Below, piece after piece: positions 57,746 through 64,000 of a stretch of 64,000 nucleotides of DNA; within the stretch, counting starts at the first letter, position 1, and the number at the start of each line of letters is the position of its first letter. A program made the position numbers and the translations under genes. Origin of the DNA: a virus (lineage: Duplodnaviria; Caudoviricetes); the IMG/VR virus record IMGVR_UViG_3300026549_000069, positions 12,424 through 76,423 of that record. One strand, given 5' to 3'. The notes beneath the pieces were generated by a model, which worked only from the letters and a program-made list of their open reading frames with translations, made no database searches and was not told where the DNA came from.

Positions 57746-58114
57746 ATGAGAAAGAAAAAAGAAAAGACGGCAGAAATGCTGCAAGAACTGGCTACACAAA
57801 AGCCAATTAACGAAGAAACAAAAGCAAAAATTATTGACACAAGTGCAGCGACAGACGAGCAATGCAAGCTGTTAAATGAGGAATGTCAATCATTGCGCCG
57901 CCAATTAGCTGGCGTAAAGGGCGAAAACACAAAGCTGAAAGCCGCATTGCAAGAAATGCAAAAGTTGAATGCCAAGCAACAGGATGATTTGCAAGAAATG
58001 AGTATAGCACTTTCGCAAATAGACAAGCAACGCAATGAGTTCTTGGCTAAACTAAAAGCATTTAACGAAATGCCTTGGTATAAGAAAATGACATACAAGT
58101 ATAGAAATATTTGA
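57746..58114 (+). CDS. Coiled-coil hypothetical protein
   Basis: Heptad-rich, ends MPWYKKM. Confidence 0.6.
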   Translation: MRKKKEKTAEMLQELATQKPINEETKAKIIDTSAATDEQCKLLNEECQSLRRQLAGVKGENTKLKAALQEMQKLNAKQQDDLQEMSIALSQIDKQRNEFLAKLKAFNEMPWYKKMTYKYRNI

Positions 58115-58190
58115 TTAGTTATTGATTGATTTGTTTTCTATGTTTCATTTGTCATAGTAAGTTTTTTTAAAATTGTTAGTAACTTGACTT

Positions 58191-58226
58191 ATGTTGCACG
58201 GTTTGTGAAAATAGCGCAACATTTTT
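58191..58226 (+). terminator. Intrinsic terminator
   Basis: atgttgc/gcaacat stem, GUGA tetraloop, T-tract. Confidence 0.65.
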
Positions 58227-58340
58227 AAGCACAGCGGTAGTTGCCCCGCAATCGAATGGCAGCGTTTACGTCTATCCAAATGTTTTCAGAGGGAGTGCAG
58301 AGGCACAGAAGAGCCCAAAAGGTTGAACACCTTTTTAATC

Positions 58341-58392
58341 AAACACCCGCCAGCTTTTAAATGCAAGCAACTGGCGGGTGTTTACTTTTTAA
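58341..58392. terminator. Terminator of leftward tail operon (possibly bidirectional)
   Basis: aaacacccgccag/ctggcgggtgttt. Confidence 0.75.
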
Positions 58393-58872
58393 TTATGCCA
58401 AATCAAAAGTGTCTAGAGTGTGCAATTTCAATGTTCCCATCATGTATGACTTTTCGCCACGCTGCAACTTGATTGTGGTTGGTTCGTAGCCTTCCAGACA
58501 AACACAATGCGCAACCTTGTTAGAATATGCGGACTTAATCCAAATGTCCGAATTAGTCATTCTGGATATAAACAAGTCGTGTTGTGTAGCCACATCAATG
58601 TTCGCACTTGTGTACCTGTTGCCGACAATGAATGTGATTTCAATGTCTACATTTTCACGAATCACAACAGGATTGTCGTTTTCATCAACTTTGGTTATCA
58701 AAAAATCCTCATCTTGCTGGTCTATCCATTGCGCCGTGTAAATGTTAACTGGCTTGCCTTGGTCAAACATACCTTTGATTTCAAGTATGCGACAACCAGT
58801 GACAAGTTCTGAAATGTCAACGAATGTTCCGTTTTGACTGGTTTTTATAAAATATTTGTTTTCTAGTGCCAT
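58393..58872 (-). CDS. Distal-tail-like protein
   Basis: 159 aa, beta-rich, two genes downstream of TMP. Confidence 0.5.
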   Translation of the reverse strand: MALENKYFIKTSQNGTFVDISELVTGCRILEIKGMFDQGKPVNIYTAQWIDQQDEDFLITKVDENDNPVVIRENVDIEITFIVGNRYTSANIDVATQHDLFISRMTNSDIWIKSAYSNKVAHCVCLEGYEPTTIKLQRGEKSYMMGTLKLHTLDTFDLA

Positions 58873-58876
58873 ATTA

Positions 58877-59473
58877 CTATAATCTTAATTTTTTGTCGTG
58901 TTGATTAACCTTACCCAAACAAAAACGGCCTAATTCAACGGAGCATTTGTCGCTATACCGATAAATCAAAACCTCGCTATTCTCGTCTATATCGTCAAGC
59001 ACTACCTTGCTTTTGTCAAACAAGTAGACACGGACGGAGTTATATCCATCAGTAGACAAGCTAATCACTGAATTATTGCTAATGTACAATACAGGGCATT
59101 TGTGCGCATCTATTGTTGCTTGTGTGTCATTACACCACATAAGGTGCAAAACATCGTCAGAAACGCTTAAAATGCCATTATAATCAACATACAGTTCGTA
59201 AGTGTACCCATCAACATCGTCACAGTCCTGTGCGATGTATTTCCCGTTTATATAATCGCCAAATTCTTGCAGTATATAATCCTTGCTTAATCCTTTGCCA
59301 CGATAGCAAAAGTCAGCGAAATAAGGTATCGCTTGCTGCTGTAAGGAAAGACAAACCAACCTTTCTTTGCTGCTATTTGCCGATTGCCATAAACCTTTGT
59401 AGTCCTGACAAAGGTTTTCGGTCAATGCGTTCTTGTAGAAATTGAACATTTCTTTATCCATAGTGTATATCAT
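58877..59473 (-). CDS. Conserved tail-region protein
   Basis: 198 aa directly downstream of TMP; GLSKDYI..EF motif. Confidence 0.55.
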   Translation of the reverse strand: MIYTMDKEMFNFYKNALTENLCQDYKGLWQSANSSKERLVCLSLQQQAIPYFADFCYRGKGLSKDYILQEFGDYINGKYIAQDCDDVDGYTYELYVDYNGILSVSDDVLHLMWCNDTQATIDAHKCPVLYISNNSVISLSTDGYNSVRVYLFDKSKVVLDDIDENSEVLIYRYSDKCSVELGRFCLGKVNQHDKKLRL

Positions 59474-59474
59474 T

Positions 59475-62400
59475 TTAATTTAACAATTCAACTTTAACCG
59501 CACTACCAGCGGGATTTGACCAACCAATCAATATCGCCTGTATAGCCATTTGAACTTGGTAACTTTGCTGTAATTGCAAAAGCATTTGCGCTTGAGTTGA
59601 TAGTTGGATGTCACCATCCATAGCAACAACCGCATCACGGATTTGCATCAATAGGTCACTATGCAAATAGACTTGTTGGCTTACACTATTCATATATGCC
59701 TCTAGTGCGCTAGCCGTATCTTCGGTAATGCTCTGAATGCCTTGTTGCAATGCTGACAACTCGTTGCTTTTAATATTCTTGCTAACAATATCAAGATTCT
59801 CAAGATTGCCATAGAATACACCAAGCGCATTGTTGATGTCAATTCCAAGTTTATCCGACAGCACAGCTAATGCCTTAAGTTCATTTGTGGTTAATTCTAC
59901 ACCACCTTCTGACCCCTTGCTTGTGTACTGGTCAACCATATCATACAAAGGCTGCAATAGGTTGCCGACAATCTTTGATGTAGCGGCTTTTTTGATGAGA
60001 TTGAAAATCATATCATCCATCTTTTCCCCTATTGCGTCAAGTGTCGTTTCGCCCTCTCGCCAAGCCTGAACCCAAGTATCAACAAATTCCTCTGCTGCCG
60101 ACTTGATGTCAGAACCCAACAATGTGTTCATCACATCTTCCTTCAAGTTTTTCAGGTCGTTCTCTGCATCAATCACAGCACCTTCTAATTCCTTGATTCT
60201 ATCAATATCTTGGTTCTTTTTCTTGCGTGATTTTTCAAGTTCAAGCTGTCGTTGCAATTCGACAAGTTGTAATTGCTTGTTGGCAATAGCGGCACGTCTT
60301 GCCTGCGTTTCAGCCGCACCCATTGAATGTTCAACAGTGTATTCAAGCCGCTTGTAGGCATTCTCCAAATCCTTTACGGCACGTTCGCTATTCTTGACTT
60401 TCTTGGTAATCTTTTTATCGCTATTGTCAAACCAAGAACTGACAGTTGTCCACAATCCTTTCACAACATTAACAGTACCACCAATAATGTCACCATTGGC
60501 TATTTGAGCAGCACCTTGCGCAGCGGTAGATAGGCCATCGATACTTGCGGCAATATCGTTGATGACTTCTACCACATCTTCATCTGCGCCAAGTGCTTCT
60601 GCTATGTTAGCTATTTCACTAATACCGTCTGCAATCTTGTGCGCCTCGTCAGCAATCAGTTCAACGCCCTTAACCCAGTCTACAAGTCCATCCTCTCCCT
60701 TTGTCAGTGCTTCCTTGATTTTGTCAAACGAAGTTTGCGTTTCACGAAGTTTGCCGTTAACTTTGTCGAGTTGAGCGTTCATTTCCTTTTCAGTCAATTC
60801 TGCCGTTTGGCCTGATATTGGGTCTGTAACCTCATATTTCCCATTACTGTTCTTGCCTTTCTTTACAGCAAGTTCAAGCATTTGCTTGTAGTTTTGTGCA
60901 AGCTGTCGTGTCATTCTTGCGCTATGTTCAACAACACTATTAAACAAACGCTTGTAGGTAGGCAATGTGGAAAGGATTTCTTGCTTTAACTTGTCAATCG
61001 CATTTTCTTGGTCTTTAATCATCAATTCAAGCAAATGACGTTGCTTCTCATTGGTTTCTTGTTGGTGCAACAATCTGAGATTGTCAAGTTTTTTTTGCTC
61101 GATTGCTATCTTACCGTTGATGTCCGCAAGTTTGTATTGTAGGTCTTGTGTTTGCTTTATTGTATCTTGCGCCCACTTCTTTGCAACATTTTGTGCTTCT
61201 TTGAATTTAGGTGTAAGTTTGTCAAGTGCATCTGTATTCTTATCAATAACATTGCCGTTTTCGTCAAGCACGTCAACAACAAGACCCATATTCCTGCCCC
61301 AACTTTCCCATTTTGCATCGTCGGCTTTGAAAATATTAAGCGGCTCACCAAAACCTCTTTTTTCACGCATTTTGTCGAACTCTTGCTGAGCGCGCTGCAT
61401 ATACTCATCAATGGTTTTGGGGAATGTTGACGTGTCAATCCCAAACATATCCGTAAACATGCCACCCAATTCTGGGTTTGCGTCAAGTTCAACAGCCAAT
61501 TCGTATTCGTCTTTCAGTTTATCAAGTTCGCTATTCAATCCCTTGGTGATTTTCTCAATGTCAAATTTCTTGACATCAATTTTCATTTCGTTAATCTTTG
61601 TTTCAAGTTCAACGATTTCCGCTGGTTTAGCCTTGCCAGATGCAATCAACTTGTTTAGTTGATTCTCAAACATATTTAGCAATTCATGGGGATTCTCAAT
61701 GCCAGCAAATTTTGACGGGTTGAACTTCTCCAAGCCAAATTTTGCAAGTGTTGCATTGATAGCCTTGACAGACTTTTCATATCCTCCAGTTGCCAAAGCA
61801 ATCGCCTCTGTTGTTCCAACACCAGCTTTTCGCAAATCTTTATATGTATTGCGAATTTTGTCTACAATTGACAGTTCCTCCTTTAATGCTTTCTGTAATT
61901 CACTTTCTGCTTGGCGTTGCGCACGGGTAGCTGCCGCATGTGCCTTTCTTGCAGCAGCAGCAGATTTGTTTGCATCTGATGCTTCTTTTGCCGATTTTCC
62001 ACCATCGGCAACTGCTTTATTATAATCATCTTGTGCAACATTCCTTTCGTTAATCGCCTTTGTCAGTTTTTCATTTTCTTCTTTTGTTCGATTGGACTTT
62101 CCTTGCAATCTTGTGATTTCATCATTCAGTCGCTTAATATGCTGATAAGCCTCATTTGCTTTTGTGTCTGCATTCGAAAGGGTTTCAAATACGCTCTTTT
62201 GGATTTGTGTAGTATCAAGAATAACACCAATACGAACTCGCCATGTGCTTGCATCTTGAACCCATCGCCAAAGGTCATCAAAAGATGTACCCATTTGTTT
62301 TGAAAACGCTTGGGCATTTTCTCTTGCCCAATTTTGCCATTTTGATTTAGACCAATCAATGTGGTTGATTTCATCTTGCGTCATGTTGCCAAACATTGAT

Positions 62401-64000
62401 TGCAATTCGCTTGCGTGATGCGATTTCAACCAATCATAGAAACCATTTACAAGTACTTGGTTCTGACTGAATCCTTTAATCCATGTATTATAAGATGCAC
62501 GAATTTGCTCTGCTTGTGCTTGATTGCCAAGCCGAGCTTGTTCGTTTGCGGCATCTATATACATTTGTTTTCTTTGGTTGATAAATGCCTTTTCCAATTC
62601 TATGCGGCCTTGCAACTCTGTCTTTGGGTCTAACCCCTTGCCTTCAAATATCTTGTTTGATATTTCCTCAAATCCTTCTCGCATTTGCTGCGGGTCGAAT
62701 TTCAAGTTTGAAAACGTATCGGAAATAGATTTTGCGGTTTCGTCTGCAGCATCTTTTATATCTTGGAATATGTCGTTGTACTTACTAACATCATCTTTTC
62801 TTAATATCTCAAACGCTGTGTTCTCATAGTTATGCTTGGCTATCTCCTTTAGGCTATTGATGAGTCCTTTATCCATTTCGTAAAGATTCCACCAAGCAGA
62901 CATATCTTGTTGCACCTTTATGGCGGATTCATCTATATCTTCTAATGCACCACGAACATCGCGCAATTTGGCAGTTATTTCAAATGCTTTCGATAACCTT
63001 TTGCTTAAATCGGTTTCAGTTACAAGTTGCCCCATGAAAACCTTACCATAAGCAGTTGATGTTTCGATTTCTTCACGAATTGCAGTCCATGTTTTTTGCA
63101 TTTCGTCTGGGTCTTGCGAACCTGTATATGTTGCAGAAACAACCCTGCCTGTTTTTTGGTCTGTCGTTAATGCATATGTACCTAACTTGTCATACGATGA
63201 GAGCAAAGAATCTAATGATTTCTTGCTTTCCGTTGCTCCATCACGGATTGATTTATTGAGTTCTTTTATCGCCTCGTTTGCTTGTTGTACGGTGCCATAC
63301 ATATCCGAAAAAGCAAATGCAATTGCAGCTACCCATGTTACAGGGCTAGAGGCTATTTTAACCAAACCATCCCTCAATCCAACAAGCATAGCTGTTACCT
63401 TTTTCCCAGCAACAGCTTGCATTGCCAATCCAGCGGACATATCTTTGTACATTTGCAGCCAAACAAATCTAATCGCTTGGATAACACCTACTATTTTACC
63501 TAAACGCAAAATAGAATTTATAACCCTATCAAAGTCTTTCCAGTGCAAGAAAAGTTCTTTTAATGCAACAACACCGGTAGCAAGTATTCCTTGGTTGCTT
63601 TTGCCAATATCATTGAGCATATTATTCCAAGCAAGCGTAAGGTTTGCCAATTGAACCTTTAGTGTGCCAGCCATCTTTGCTTGGAAATCAAAAAACTTGC
63701 CACCCTCATCTGTCATCTTATTGATAACAGACATCACATCGTTATATTCAATGGTCTTTTTTTTCATTCTTGTATATACATCGCCAATAGATACCATACG
63801 ACCTTCAAGTTGCGTATAGTATTCAGACAACTGCTTAACGAGTGGAATGCCAGCATTTGCAAACATTCTTGCATCGCGGCTATTCAGGTAGCCATAAGCC
63901 TTAATTTGTCCAAGCGCATAAGTCAGGCGTTCCATAGGAATACCAACAGCAGCAGCCATATCTGCAAGTCGCCTAGTGGTGTCAACAACATCTTTGGCTG
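59475..64000 (-). CDS. Tape measure protein (5' truncated)
   Basis: Frame open to window edge; RRLADMAAAVGIPMERLTYALGQI..G.L tape-measure domain; long helical body. Confidence 0.9.
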   Translation of the reverse strand, partial: AKDVVDTTRRLADMAAAVGIPMERLTYALGQIKAYGYLNSRDARMFANAGIPLVKQLSEYYTQLEGRMVSIGDVYTRMKKKTIEYNDVMSVINKMTDEGGKFFDFQAKMAGTLKVQLANLTLAWNNMLNDIGKSNQGILATGVVALKELFLHWKDFDRVINSILRLGKIVGVIQAIRFVWLQMYKDMSAGLAMQAVAGKKVTAMLVGLRDGLVKIASSPVTWVAAIAFAFSDMYGTVQQANEAIKELNKSIRDGATESKKSLDSLLSSYDKLGTYALTTDQKTGRVVSATYTGSQDPDEMQKTWTAIREEIETSTAYGKVFMGQLVTETDLSKRLSKAFEITAKLRDVRGALEDIDESAIKVQQDMSAWWNLYEMDKGLINSLKEIAKHNYENTAFEILRKDDVSKYNDIFQDIKDAADETAKSISDTFSNLKFDPQQMREGFEEISNKIFEGKGLDPKTELQGRIELEKAFINQRKQMYIDAANEQARLGNQAQAEQIRASYNTWIKGFSQNQVLVNGFYDWLKSHHASELQSMFGNMTQDEINHIDWSKSKWQNWARENAQAFSKQMGTSFDDLWRWVQDASTWRVRIGVILDTTQIQKSVFETLSNADTKANEAYQHIKRLNDEITRLQGKSNRTKEENEKLTKAINERNVAQDDYNKAVADGGKSAKEASDANKSAAAARKAHAAATRAQRQAESELQKALKEELSIVDKIRNTYKDLRKAGVGTTEAIALATGGYEKSVKAINATLAKFGLEKFNPSKFAGIENPHELLNMFENQLNKLIASGKAKPAEIVELETKINEMKIDVKKFDIEKITKGLNSELDKLKDEYELAVELDANPELGGMFTDMFGIDTSTFPKTIDEYMQRAQQEFDKMREKRGFGEPLNIFKADDAKWESWGRNMGLVVDVLDENGNVIDKNTDALDKLTPKFKEAQNVAKKWAQDTIKQTQDLQYKLADINGKIAIEQKKLDNLRLLHQQETNEKQRHLLELMIKDQENAIDKLKQEILSTLPTYKRLFNSVVEHSARMTRQLAQNYKQMLELAVKKGKNSNGKYEVTDPISGQTAELTEKEMNAQLDKVNGKLRETQTSFDKIKEALTKGEDGLVDWVKGVELIADEAHKIADGISEIANIAEALGADEDVVEVINDIAASIDGLSTAAQGAAQIANGDIIGGTVNVVKGLWTTVSSWFDNSDKKITKKVKNSERAVKDLENAYKRLEYTVEHSMGAAETQARRAAIANKQLQLVELQRQLELEKSRKKKNQDIDRIKELEGAVIDAENDLKNLKEDVMNTLLGSDIKSAAEEFVDTWVQAWREGETTLDAIGEKMDDMIFNLIKKAATSKIVGNLLQPLYDMVDQYTSKGSEGGVELTTNELKALAVLSDKLGIDINNALGVFYGNLENLDIVSKNIKSNELSALQQGIQSITEDTASALEAYMNSVSQQVYLHSDLLMQIRDAVVAMDGDIQLSTQAQMLLQLQQSYQVQMAIQAILIGWSNPAGSAVKVELLN

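Noticed and set aside
12481-58226. Shared hairpin motif at 12481 and 58191 as a novel ncRNA family
   Set aside because: Both are explained as GNRA-capped intrinsic terminators with T tails
58225-58310. Twister ribozyme or fluoride riboswitch
   Set aside because: UAA-gcac...gtgc-agagg resembles the twister periphery, but the GGU...AAGC core is absent; fluoride conserved nucleotides are absent
188-63654. Numerous antisense and alternate-frame ORFs in the track (e.g. 861-1193, 8076-8588, 32972-33433, 52113-52868, 61051-61389)
   Set aside because: They are shadows of long genes with recognised motifs and have no independent evidence
1-64000. Stop-codon reassignment
   Set aside because: Long genes are intact in the standard code and genes end in TAA, TAG and TGA; the single tRNA reads CAA and is not a suppressor

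Overview
A 64-kb internal segment of a tailed dsDNA phage genome (tape-measure protein present, so siphovirus-like), read in the standard genetic code. The host is probably Bacteroidota (Bacteroidales), inferred from about ten TTTG-N19/20-TAnnTTTG promoters, A-rich starts without Shine-Dalgarno motifs, and the gene families. Layout: 1-12.4 kb (+) tail-tip/fibre genes and a lysis cassette (M15 endolysin, unimolecular spanin); 12.7-15.6 kb (+) six-gene cassette of unknown function; 15.8-30.1 kb (-) replication and DNA modification (RuvC-like resolvase, beta clamp, AEP primase-SF4 helicase, a C5 methyltransferase broken into a chain of +1-overlapping ORFs, a second MTase-like gene, PAPS-reductase family, DUF3127, replication initiator); 30.3-31.2 kb divergent-promoter, AT-rich region (candidate terminus or origin); 31.2-58.1 kb (+) early/middle region, starting with a ~720-nt structured non-coding leader, a 186-aa ORF and a pistol-type ribozyme, then a MoxR AAA/vWA-like pair, many small ORFs, serine recombinase, HNH, tRNA-Gln, a circularly permuted tRNA-like element, ThyX-like gene, SSB/YqaJ/annealing module, dUTPase and an N6/N4 MTase; 58.4-64 kb (-) two tail genes and a 5'-truncated tape measure gene. 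No capsid, terminase, integrase, reverse transcriptase or CRISPR array is visible. All family assignments come from motif recognition by eye, not database searches. Strongest leads: the structured RNA-ORF-ribozyme early cassette, the segmented methyltransferase, the permuted tRNA mimic, the six-gene cassette and a dispersed ~85-bp repeat family.
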